Of a DNA stretch of 41,039 bases, positions 1 through 10,984 are shown piece by piece. Source of the stretch: Octopus bimaculoides (taxonomy: Eukaryota); contig NC_068999.1 in assembly GCF_001194135.2 (NCBI RefSeq), forward strand, positions 2,048,306-2,089,344, given 5' to 3'. The position numbers were made by a program, and so were the translations under genes. The notes beneath the pieces were generated by a model. It was not told where the DNA came from, did not search any database, and saw nothing but the letters and a program-made list of their open reading frames with translations. Positions within the stretch are counted from its first letter, which is position 1. Each line of letters begins with the position of its first letter.

Positions 1-36
<36 letters not shown>
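1..36. repeat. (TA)n microsatellite
   Basis: Seen directly. Confidence 0.95.
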
Positions 37-42
<6 letters not shown>

Positions 43-240
43 AGTGGAACAAAAATGCAATAGAGGACAATAAACCATTCAGACAGAGAGACGATACAAA
101 GGCAGACAGGAGAAACAACAATTAGGACAGGCAAAAAAAGACGGGTCATTCGTGGCCTTCTTTCCTCTGTCAAGTTACCAGAAGTCCTTACTGTTTTGGG
201 CAGTGTGTGTGTGTACATATGCTTATTTTTACATCATTGC

Positions 241-427
241 CATTATCATTTTACATCTACATTCCGTGTTAGCATAGGTTAGAGGAGTCATCATTTCTTA
301 TTAAGAGTCAATGCTCCTACAGGCTGGTGCTCATAGGTTTCATTTTTGTTCAATTTCTATGGCTGGATGCTCTTCCTATCACCAACCACTTTACAGAGTG
401 TACTGAGTGTATATTCTCAAGGCATGT
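241..427 (-). mobile_element. Degenerate retroposon 3' end (RTE-LINE-associated tail family)
   Basis: Shares GCTGGATGCYCTTCCT..CCAACCACTTTACAGAG with copies at 668, 16110, 23045 and 24011; CAT-rich tail remnant at the low-coordinate end. Confidence 0.7.
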
Positions 428-667
428 TTACTACTCCTTGATGAATCACAACTAAAAGGGCCTCACATACACTTATAGATAGATAGAATTGAGAGGTCTT
501 TGCTGAAATGAATACAGGACTCGTTCAGCATCTGGGAAGTGGTCATTGCCAGTGTGCAGAAAAAAAGGGCACATTGAATCCCCGTACAGTGTTCCAAATG
601 TAAACTGTTGATGCACACAAGATGCAGTGAGATCGCAAGCAGGTTGAGAAAGAAATAAGTCTTTGTC

Positions 668-842
668 GTCATCATCATTTAACACCTGTATTCCCTGCTG
701 GACGGTTTCACAGGCTGGGGGACTACAGCAAGCTTCACTGTCTGTGCTGGCATGGTTTCTGCTGCTGGATGCCCTCCTTAATGCCAACCACTTTACAGAA
801 AGTACTGAATGCTATTGACATGACACCAGAACTGTTGCCTTG
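668..842 (-). mobile_element. Retroposon 3' end (RTE-associated tail family)
   Basis: (CAT)n tail followed by TTTAACA..CATGG..GCTGGATGCCCTCCTTAATGCCAACCACTTTACAG. Confidence 0.75.
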
Positions 843-1145
843 TATGTAGCACCAGGAGTAAATTAGTAGTAAGGACACCCACAAAATATATTCTATGAAA
901 TGCTCAGATGGCTCCCTTGAAGCAGGTGAGGGTTTCTGTTTCTTAGCTGACCTGTAGTTGCAGTGGGGCAGGGTGTTTTGAAAGCAGAGTAAGTGAAATT
1001 ATGAAGAGATTAGAAAATGTTAAGGGAATTATTGTTTTTGCTAGTTGCAATGGAAATTTTCTGCCCAAGTCAAAAGGCAGATTACATGATGCTTGTGTAG
1101 AAAGTGCAATGTCAGACAGTAAGATGAGCGTTGAATATGTGCATA

Positions 1146-1519
1146 GGCATGGCTGTGTGGTAAGATGTTTGCTTCCTAACGACATGGTCCTGAGTTCAGT
1201 CCCACTGCATGCTACTTTGGACAAATATTTTCTATTATAGCCTTGGGCTAACCAAAGCCTTGTGAATGGATTTGGAAGACAGAAACTGAAAGAAGCCTGT
1301 CGTGTCTGTGTGTGTGTACAGATGTATGCCTTTGTGTCCGTGTTTGTTCCCCACCACTGCTTGACGACCGGTGTTGATGTGTTTACATCCTCATAACTTA
1401 GCAGTTTGCCAAAAGGGGCTGAATAAGTACTGGAGTCAATTTGTCTGACCAAAAGTTCTTCAAGGCAGTGCTGCCCCAGCATGGCCAGGCAGTCTAATGA
1501 CTGAAACAAAGTAAAAGGC
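1146..1519 (+). mobile_element. Near full-length tRNA-derived SINE (octopus-type, family A)
   Basis: Head GGCATGGCTGTGTGGTAAGA with B-box-like GAGTTCAGTCCC, central GAAACTGAAAGAAGCC, TG tract and tail CAGCATGGCC..GACTGAAACAAAGTAAAAG; more than 10 related copies in the window. Confidence 0.85.
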
Positions 1520-1544
1520 GGAAAGCAGAGGAAGAGTGGCGGCT

Positions 1545-1830
1545 GGAAAGAGATGAAGCAAACTATGCTTCCGTCTGTCGGTGTGGATTGTTGGTGGCCA
1601 CGAATGACGAGGAATGAACCAAAGGAGAAACCGGGTACAAGAGCAACAGGGTGTAGTGTGCAGCGGGGTGAGGGGGATAGTATTGACAGGTGATAGGGAT
1701 GGAAGGTGGCTGCTGAGTGCAGAAGTACCAATCAATTCAAGAGGGAAGAATTAGTTGTGTAAGAAGACATGGAATGAAGCGGTGAAGACTGATCTCAAGC
1801 GAGTGACCCTCACAGAATAAGACGGCAAAG
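1545..1830 (+). mobile_element. Degenerate C-terminal fragment of RTE-clade LINE ORF2
   Basis: Hand translation gives KKTWNEAVKTDLKRVTLTE (cf. the RTE GRPRKTW..V..DL motif) and a frameshifted EKPGTRATGCSVQ; many stops. Confidence 0.65.
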
Positions 1831-1872
1831 GGCTATGAAGCCATCTTTCGTCTCTGCAATTGGAAAAACTTC

Positions 1873-2016
1873 AGGCATGGCTGTGTGCTAAGAAGCTTGT
1901 TTCTCAACCGCATGGTTCCAGGTTCAGTCCTACTGTGTGGCACTCTAAGCAAGATTCTTCTACCATAACCTCAGGCTGACCAAAAACTTGAGAAACAGAA
2001 ACTAGAAAGAAGCCCA

Positions 2017-2054
<38 letters not shown>

Positions 2055-2346
2055 TGTCTGTGTCCGATTAGTGTTTGCGAACGGAAATCGTTGTTCCCAT
2101 CTCTAGCCTCACATGATACACACAGACCCAGGTTATCTATGTGTGCGTCTTTGTGTCTGGGTTTGTCCACCATCTCTGCTTGACAACCGATGTTGGTGTG
2201 TTTACATCCCTGTAACTTAGCGGTTCAGCAAATGAGACTGTGCAAGGTTTACACAAGAAAAGGCACTGGGGTCAATTCTTTTAACTAAAACCCTTGAAGG
2301 TGGTGCCCCAGCATGGCCATACTCTAAGGACCGAAACAAGTAAAAG
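1873..2346 (+). mobile_element. tRNA-derived SINE family A with internal (TA)n
   Basis: Same head, centre and tail as 1146-1519 (CTTGACAACCGATGTTGGTGTGTTTACATCCC..GAAACAAGTAAAAG). Confidence 0.85.
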
Positions 2347-3053
2347 CTTTAACGATAAACTCACTCAAGGACGTCAAAGTGGATATAGAATGGTGATGAT
2401 GATGATGATGATGATGGTGTACACAATTATAATTGGGCCTCACATCTGCAGTGGTGGTCATGGGTGGTGGGGTGCAATCCGTGCCAAATTCTTAAAACTG
2501 TTTCAACTCCTATGGATCTTTGATGAGTTTATTTTAGTTGTTATTGTTTGTCTTGTTTGTTTTTCTCTAACCTATGAGGGAACAGAAATTTGTCTGCAAT
2601 TTCATCAGAGGAATAAAGGTAGCAAGAACCTCAAAGTTATTTATTTCCATTTGCTTACACGAGTGTGTGTGTGTGTATTACTGAGGACTCTCTGAAGTTC
2701 TTGGTGAAGGAGAGGTGGTCGTGGTGGTGGTGGTATTCTTTTAAAGGCAGGCTAGCATTACAGATATAGTAACTGTTTTATATTCTTTAGAATACACCAA
2801 TTCCCTCATGATTTCTAACCTTTCCACTGGCCTGGCTGTGTAGTTAAGAAATTTACTGTATAACTAGTTAATAATAATAATAATCAATAAAATAACCAAC
2901 CACCAGCAGGCAAAATAACCAACAGAAGAACACAACTCACAATGCAAGCACTTTTACCATGAAACACTGCAAACAGACCCCATAGAGAAACAAACTGATG
3001 CACTACAACACCAGGAAGCGTTTGCACTCCCCCAGTAACAAAAAAGAACCCAC

Positions 3054-3063
3054 NNNNNNNNNN
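3054..3063. other. Assembly gap (10 N)
   Basis: N run. Confidence 1.
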
Positions 3064-3123
3064 TAGCAGAAGAAATCTGCCTCAATCTACCAAATTGTTC
3101 AATAATAATGATAATAGGGTTAC

Positions 3124-3556
3124 AGCAAATATTCTGCTCAACACCACAGATTTACTTATCAGATGCTTGACCGTAACCAGTTGAGCCTGTCCCTTCGTGG
3201 CTGATGACATGTGCATCTCTGATCAGGAGCAGGAGTAACAGGGGAGTATCATAGCCATGTGTTGAGAGGGATTCTTTGGGATTTGAAAATTTACCCATGG
3301 AAACAGGTATTTTATTCATCGTCCTTAAACAATCTTTATTCAGAAATCTTTTGAGTGGGAAGCACTACTCAACATGGAAACATTCTAACTGGGCCCCACC
3401 TACAAGGCCATGCACTCTTTTATCTTGATATGAGATCACTGTGTCGCGCATACAGTTGTGAGGCCTGGTGTACCCTTATGATGGGTAGATTAGGGTTCAT
3501 ATATTTGTACCCCAATGTCACTGTGATGGCATATGCTGCTATGCTGCTCTCTCAAT

Positions 3557-3563
<7 letters not shown>
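3124..3563. mobile_element. Unclassified interspersed repeat
   Basis: Resembles a common octopus repeat as I recall it (AGCAAATATTCTGCTCAA..AACTGGGCCCCACC..CTCTCTCAATCAATAAT); only one copy in the window, so not self-verified. Confidence 0.5.

Positions 3564-3597
<34 letters not shown>
3564..3597. repeat. (TA)n microsatellite
   Basis: Seen directly. Confidence 0.95.
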
Positions 3598-3599
<2 letters not shown>

Positions 3600-3769
3600 A
3601 TATAGATTTATTCTTTGCGTGTTGCAGAGCATTTTCTCTTTTTTAATGTGTCTCCCGTCGTTGGTTTAAATGAATGCATATCAAAACTGTTTAGATGTGA
3701 TGAAGAGAGAGAGAGAAAGTCACACCGTCAGAATTATTTCTGATTCCTCTGTGCATCCGTAGTAGAGAA

Positions 3770-4200
3770 TGTCCAACGAATTTGTATACTGTTTCGCTAT
3801 TGCAGTCCTTCCTCCCACCTCTTCTACTCCTCTTCTTATTTCTCTGCTTGTCTTTCTCTTTCTTCCCGTCTGCTTTTTCCCTCCAACTTTCTCTTTCTCT
3901 CTGTTTATATCGCAACTTCTCCTATTTTCAACTACTATCACTACAACCTCCTCTAGTCTTTCTTTCTTCCTCTCTTTTCCCCTTACAGTTTTACCTTACC
4001 CTCCTCCTCTCTTTCTAATCTCGCGCTGCCACTAACTCTCTGCCTCCCCTTCCTCTCTCTTCCTATATCAAACACTCAACTCGCTCGTTGTTCGCCTCAT
4101 CCGGGTACTTCCAGCAAGCGCTAGTTCTCGTGTAAAAAGTCAGTTCTGCATCAGCTTAGCTTCGTACACGACCGGCCTTCTCCGTAACAACATTTGTCTT
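3770..4200 (+). promoter_or_regulatory. Pyrimidine-rich tract followed by CpG-rich block; candidate promoter/5' UTR
   Basis: C/T-dominated 3770-4080, clustered CpG 4020-4190, Inr-like TCAGTT at 4140-4145, CATCCGGGTA at 4098-4107. Confidence 0.35.
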
Positions 4201-5329
4201 CAAAACAAAAACTTACAATTAATATTATTATATTTTACAGTTAGAATAATAATATTAATATTATTTTAGAGTGAAAAAAAATTATATACACACACACACA
4301 TATTTTACATTTTTTTCTTAATAATCAGGAGGGGGAAACATTACTTTTCCGCCATCATTTTAAAAATATATAAAAAAAATTGTAATTTTTTTCTTCATTT
4401 CATTATATTGTAGTATTAATTAAAAAGATTGCACTTTTAGGAAATTGTATAAGTATCAAAATATTTTTGAAAAAGATAAGACAAAAAAAAAATATAAGAT
4501 GAAATAACGTGTTTTTTGTACGAAAGGTTTTAGCTTACAAAAGAAAATTCTATCTTTGAGTTCTGGAACGGATATTTAAAAAAAAATTACATGTTATTAA
4601 TAATATTATTATTACCATTACCTCTGTCGGAACAAAGGAATAATAGTAAATACGACGCGAAGATCACTTAACTCTACTTGCTCCTATGTGATATCCTATC
4701 GTCTCTTCCTTTACTTTTTTTTACCTGTGAGATATCCAGCCGTATATAGAACCACCCGCTTGTCGGCGACTGCTTTGGGATATGTGTTGTGAAATTTTGT
4801 AGAACTTAATGATTTATTCTGCTTTTTTTTTTAAATCTATATTTTTATGACCGGGTACTTAAAAAAAATCTGTTTGATATCCTGCATCGGATAAAAACTA
4901 CACATATATCTATGTGTATGTTTTATATTACCATTACGGCTGGAACCAAGGATTAATGTAATAAATACTACACAACTTTGTCGTCTGTTTTCTTGCGATA
5001 TCAATCAATAATTAAGACACTTTATCAACAGGAAGACTTTTGGATATATTCTGAGAAATAACTTTCTCTAACATCTTAAGCACTTTTTTTTCTCTTCTAT
5101 TAAAAGGATAACTCCACAGTTCACTGCAAAAGGATTATCTATTGTGTGTAAAATTTTTAATTTTTTTTTTCAACAAAATTAAAGTGAGATTATCCCTGTC
5201 CTAGTGAAAAAAAAAAGTCCTATTCTCATTTGGATATCAAAATTATAACGCGGATATTCGTACAAGTCCGCCTGTGTCCGTAAAAGGAAAGCAACTTTTT
5301 TTTTTTAATTCTCTCAAGCCCCCCATCCC

Positions 5330-5342
5330 NNNNNNNNNNNNN
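5330..5342. other. Assembly gap (13 N)
   Basis: N run. Confidence 1.
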
Positions 5343-5464
5343 TCCCTCCCTCCCAAATTTCTGCAACTCTCTTGAGTAATTCACCTCTTATCGCGTCCCC
5401 CCACCCTTTTTTTTTACCTTTTATTAAATTATCAAATTCACTTCGGAGTTGTTCGTTCAAGTCC
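5343..5464 (+). other. Candidate non-coding upstream exon (5' end undefined)
   Basis: Donor TCC|GTGAGT at 5465-5470; would pair with the acceptor at 6405 to give a 941-nt intron. Confidence 0.3.
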
Positions 5465-5559
5465 GTGAGTGTCTGTAAAAGGAATTTATATCCATGCATA
5501 TATATGTGTGTGGTATATATATACATATATTTCTATAAAACCCCATATTCTACTTAATC

Positions 5560-6405
5560 TTTTGCTATAAAACTCCTCTTATCTTACACTTTCGTACTTT
5601 TCCGCCGCCGCCGATTCACTTCGCACTTTCTGCCTCGTCCGCCCTCCCCCTCTCACTCTCTATCTACTGTGCCTTCCACTCCCTTTAGTAACGCACCTAT
5701 CCCCGCTACCGTTTCTCTTTAATCTTTCTGTCTTCCCCTCATGTTGTTTTACAGTTCTTTCCTCTTCCTTCCCCCCATATTCTAATTTTTTAATCTTTTC
5801 TCCTTCTCTCTACTCCACTATAAGCCCTCATCCTTCTTCTCTCACTCCGCTTCTCTTCCTTCCAATTCACTCTCTATTTATCTCTTACTGACTCTGTCTT
5901 TTTACTCCTACCACTCTAATAAACACCTCATCCTTCACTCATTTATACACTCCTACCTTCATTCTCTCTCAGGCATTAAACTACCTCCTACTTTTACTCT
6001 CAGTCACATATTACTTTGTCACTACTCCCTCTCCTAATTTTTCACTCACACTCTTTATCCATCCCTCTCATATTATATTAGTTCCACTCTCTCATATATA
6101 TATATATATATACTTCCTCTCAGTGCTACTGAGTTTACCTCCTACTCCATCTCCAATATATATATATTTTCACTCTATCACTCACACTCTCTCATATTAC
6201 TTCCACTCTTTTTCTCACCCTCTCTGTATTACTACTACTACTACCACTCCAACCATTTCTCTTCACTCTCTCTCTCTCTCATTGTATTTGTTCCACACTC
6301 TGTCTCAGTTGCTGCTGCTACTCCTCCCAAACTCTCCCCTCTAACTCCTTCCCTCTCTCTTTTTCTCCCTCCCTCCCTTCCTCACACTGTCTCTGTATCC
6401 CCCAG
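5560..6405 (+). repeat. Long low-complexity pyrimidine-rich tract ending in a 3' splice site
   Basis: CTC/ACTC/CTAC-rich over about 840 nt; CTAAC at 6341-6345; no AG between 6346 and the CAG at 6403-6405. Confidence 0.7.
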
Positions 6406-6553
6406 TTTGACATCCGGGTATCGTCAGAGCGGCTACCCCGCGTGGAGACGGTTTTTTTACCGCCATTTGCAACCGAAGCAAGTGGTTTTCTGTGGAGAGA
6501 CGTTTGGACTCGACGCGCTTTTTTTCTCGGTGGTGTTTTGAAAATAATGAACG
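6406..6553 (+). other. Candidate 148-nt exon of an unidentified + strand gene (mostly 5' UTR)
   Basis: Branch point, polypyrimidine tract and CAG acceptor; donor CGG|GTGAGT at 6554-6559; CpG-rich. Confidence 0.6.
6546..6553 (+). CDS. Candidate start-codon segment M-N-G (phase-2 intron follows)
   Basis: Only ATG in the exon, AAATAATG context with A at -3, in-frame upstream TGA at 6408-6410. Product cannot be identified. Confidence 0.3.
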
Positions 6554-6829
6554 GGTGAGTAAGAAACGATCATCACGCATTCACACACGCTGCTGATGCA
6601 TGATTTTTTCCCTATCCACGCACACGTTCCTCTCATTTATTCCGTCTCCATTAAACAACACAACTTCCTACAAACCTCGACGGGAAACTCATGAAGCACA
6701 CACAATGTGCCGCTTCCACACACATACGTGTGTGTCTGTGTGTCTCTCTCTCTCTATAATATATATATATACGTGTGGTTGTGTTCCTGTTATGTATCAG
6801 GCATACACTGAGGCTATAAGTACACAATG

Positions 6830-6864
<35 letters not shown>

Positions 6865-6916
6865 CTACACGAGTTCAGTGTGTATGTATGCAACTATATA
6901 TATATATATATATATA

Positions 6917-7010
6917 CATACAACTATACATATATATACACATACAACTATACATATATATACACATACAATTATACATATATGTACATACAACTATGCA
7001 TACATATATA
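6917..7010. repeat. Minisatellite, 24-bp unit CATACAACTATACATATATATACA, about 4 copies
   Basis: Two identical units (6917-6940, 6941-6964) plus two diverged units. Confidence 0.9.
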
Positions 7011-7422
7011 TACTCATGTAATTGTGTACACAGCTCTATAAATATTTGTGTGCATTTACAACTGTTTGTGTATGTATAACTATATACATCTGTAATATCC
7101 ATGTGTACGAATATATATATGTCCATGATGTGTGGACACGAGTACATGTGTGTAATTATATGTTCATAATGATTTATACAAGAGAAAATTATTAGCCATT
7201 CAGAAAAATCTATAAATTTGTTAAAAGATCACTGGCCATGTTACTTTGTAAAATGTCATAAGCTGTGTGTATGGCTTATGTCAATTTCACGATGTAGGTT
7301 TCATTCTTGTATGTGTATAGTAGTTACGATACATGTGTATGTTTAAGAATATACGTGTATATTCTATGGACATGAGATATATGTCTAAAACTTCACGCCC
7401 ATATCTTTAATGTTTTTGTATG

Positions 7423-7464
<42 letters not shown>

Positions 7465-9968
7465 CATACATACACGTGTAAGAAGTAGTATGTTTGTAAC
7501 TTATCCTTGATGTATGTGTATATATATATGTATATATACACAAACGTGTAACTTATGCATTTGTAATTTTACACAGTCAGCTAGTGTATATATAAGGTTA
7601 TATATATATAGTATACTCTCTACGTTTTTTTTTTTTTTTTCAGATTTTTACCTGTGTATATAACTTGTATTTCTTCTTTCTAAAAGTAATATATCTGTTC
7701 GTGTGACCACACTGTGTGTGTTTGTATATATATTTATATATAGCTTGAGAGTTTTAAATCGCCTTCCCATCTGAAATTTTGGCATATTTGTCCTATATAA
7801 AACCACATGGTAGATCGAGAAAGTGGAAATATAACGTGCGTTTATGATGGTTAAGTGTAATTAAATATATATATTGTCTTTGTTTAAAGTGATGTGTTAG
7901 TATGTATATAATATATATATATAACAAATGATAGACGTTCTAGCTGATAATTGAGCTTGCTTGTTAACTATCCTCGATATATATACATACATAGTAGTCA
8001 TGAATTGATGACTTATGTTATACACACGCGCAGCGGGCTTGGTGTTACAAGGAAGCGTTCGCAGTGCTAAAGTTTATATATATGTGTGTGTGGTTTATAC
8101 ACACTTGTATTCTGCTATACGCATTCGGAAATCGCTTTATTCGCGCGATAGTGTTTATACAGATTTGAAGGTTGGTTGATTTTATATATGACCATTTAAT
8201 ACGTGTGTGTGTGTGTGAAAGACGGGCACATGGCTTTAATATTCAGTATGTATATTTCATACACAGATACGTATTACTATATTAGTAAGCACTTGGTGTT
8301 CGTAGATTAGAGGTGGTGGTAATCTTCGTGCTTTCTCACTTTTCCTTTGTCTTCTAATCGCTCCCTGTTCCCCGTTGCCCACTCTCTTTCTTTAAACAAG
8401 ATCTGTGGTCAAAAACAATCCTGCCATGACCATTCCGTCTTTGTGTCTCTCTACATAGTTTGTATTGGATTTGTCTGCTATTTCTAGCGGGTTGTAATGA
8501 CCACATCGTGGCTTTTCCCCTTCTTTCTGTTGGTTCGTATTTGTTTATTAGTAATGAAGGGGGGAGCAACGTCTGTAGCTTTTTTTTTTCTCCTTCCTCT
8601 CCATATGTCTTAGTCTGGCGTATATGTTAAAAGTCAACTTGACGTGATTGGATGTGATCGATAATGATCTAGAAAGGGGCAAGAGTGTATAATCGATTAG
8701 ACGGACCACAGTATATAACTGGTATCCTTATTGACCTCCAGACAGATAGAGGATATGATGGGGTTTTTTTTTTAACATTGATAGAAAGCTATTAACGTTG
8801 AGAGGGCGAGGGAAAATTATTAGAGGTGTATTGATTGATTAAATCGATGCATGTTTGTCGATTGGTGATTTAAAGTTCTCATCCCCCCCTCCCCGGTCAC
8901 ATTGAAATACAACATCGATCTCGCCTGGGTTTGAACCCACAATCTGCAGAGGAAACCTAAATAATAATGCACGCCATGTTAATGGAAGCTGTGTATAAAG
9001 TATTTTTATGGAGATAAACTGTGAGTATATATTTAGTGTGTGTATATTGTCTGGCTAGCTGTGTGTGTGTAGAACTCGTCCATAAAGTTGTATACTTTGT
9101 GTGTGTGGGTGTATAATGTAAACGCTTCCTGTGTGTGGTGGTTTGTGGTGTGTGTATATATATGTATATACACTGTTGGTTAGTTTGATGTGTATCAAAA
9201 AAGGCTAATGTAACACAGCAGCGTTCTTTTCTCTATTAATCACAGCAGTGACTTGACAGCTTTAAAACACATCCATGGCAATGCTTTATAATTGTGTGTG
9301 CATTACACGGATACACACACACACACACACACACTCACTCACACATACACACTCACTCACACATACATGGTTGTTAGTTATCAATATAGTGTGTATCTGA
9401 AATAGATTACTATCATCACACACACACAGTGTACTTTGGTGTAGAACCTAAAAACTGCTTGATGTCTGCAACAAAGCTGCCATGCACATTATATACACAC
9501 ACTGCACAGTGTCTTGTGGCTGGAACTTGCTTGACCATTCTGGCCAAATGTTTTGAATCCCTTTGTTCAGTTCTCTGGCCCCTTTATTTTCACTAAATCA
9601 TGTTAATGGTCCTCACACACACATGCATAGTTACCCTGCGGTTAAATGTCTGATATTCAGTTTGATCGGACCCAATCAACGCTAAAAGATGCAGGCCTGT
9701 GATACGACATTCCAAGTATGACCATTCCGTCGTGTTAGGTGGGTGGGATCATTATCTGTCTTTTCCCTGTAAGACAGAAGAATGTGATTTGAGGGAGATT
9801 GGGCCGTTATTTCTTGCAGGATCACTTCGTTGTCTCTGTACCATGTATCACATGTGGTGGTCGTGGCATGTCTATCTTGAAGGTAGCAATGTATTTCAAA
9901 TGCGATAGAATCGAACCCCTGAACTGCGGTAAGGGGGGTCTTCTCTCCCCCCCCCCGTCCTTTTGTGG

Positions 9969-9978
9969 NNNNNNNNNN
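9969..9978. other. Assembly gap (10 N) with duplicated flanks
   Basis: TCTC(C)n..GTCCTTTTGTGG occurs on both sides of the gap. Confidence 0.95.
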
Positions 9979-10984
9979 TCTCCCCCCCCCCCCCGGTCCT
10001 TTTGTGGTTCTGGTAGACGATCGCTTCTTAGTGTTCCTGTTAATAAATGATGAGATTGTTTTCTGTATAAAGTTTGCTTTTGGCTGGCATGTTTCAGTGT
10101 AGAGAGTAAATGATACAGCAAACACACACGCATATTGCATGTGTGTGTGTGTGATGTGTAAAGGCTTTTGGATGGAGAGTGTATAAATTATATTGTAAGA
10201 AATTTCTTTTAATACACCCATATATCATAAACTTAGTGTGTAGTTTGATTTTTTTTTTGTCTGGAGTATCATGACTACTTCAGATATCGAAACTGCTTTC
10301 AAAATTTTTTTTCTATCTGCATGGATGGATGTATGTGTGTGTATATACACACATGCACACTGGGGCTTTTAGGAAGCTTGCATATTTCTTGGCTGTCGTG
10401 ACAATGTCTCTTTAAATCTTGTTACTTTATGTATTATATTGAATTGGTGTGTGTGTATATATATATGTATACCTAAGCGTGTATATGAATGTGTATGATA
10501 TAAACTGCTTCACACCCACAACCCAGAGTAGAGCAGTTAGTTGCTCAACACCCACACATTCAGACGTTTTACGCATGTGTATGTATACACACACACACTC
10601 ACATGTATATTAATTATAGGTACACACACTTGGTGATTGTGCAGTTAGCGGTTTGGTGGTGTATTTTTAAGGCAGGTCTTTAAACTAAAAAGATTTTCTC
10701 CCTGATATCAAATAAAAACGAACTGGAAACAATTTTGTCTGTGTAGATTAGAGACAAAGACTCTATTATACCAAACATTGGAACTAGATTTAACTTCTAC
10801 TTGTCTCTCTTTATCTAAGGTTGATATCTAAATATTTTAAATATGGTGCTGCCTTCTCCTCTCTGAAATTCTAAAATTACTCCAAGTAGACAGCCAGCTT
10901 TTTGTCTCTCTCTTTCTTTCACTATATGGGAAGTTCTTTGTGTGTGTGTGTACTGTATTGATAGTCGTGTATTGAAGATGGAAC

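Noticed and set aside
8915-8950. Minus-strand GGGTTCAAACCC, and other B-box-like heads (e.g. 16811), as tRNA genes
   Set aside because: No cloverleaf or acceptor stem; these are SINE-head remnants.
8426-9731. Exact 14-mer ATGACCATTCCGTC at 8426 and 9718
   Set aside because: A few 14-mer matches are expected by chance in 41 kb, and there is no flanking similarity.
9908-9922. GAATCGAACCC followed by CTGA, complementary to 18S rRNA GGGUUCGAUUC (C/D snoRNA guide?)
   Set aside because: There is no RUGAUGA C box or terminal stem upstream. It is equally a reverse Pol III B-box-like string or chance.
9940-10005. Direct duplications around the N gaps at 9969 and 30646
   Set aside because: Near-identical sequence on both sides of a gap is typical of unmerged contig overlap, so copy number is unreliable.
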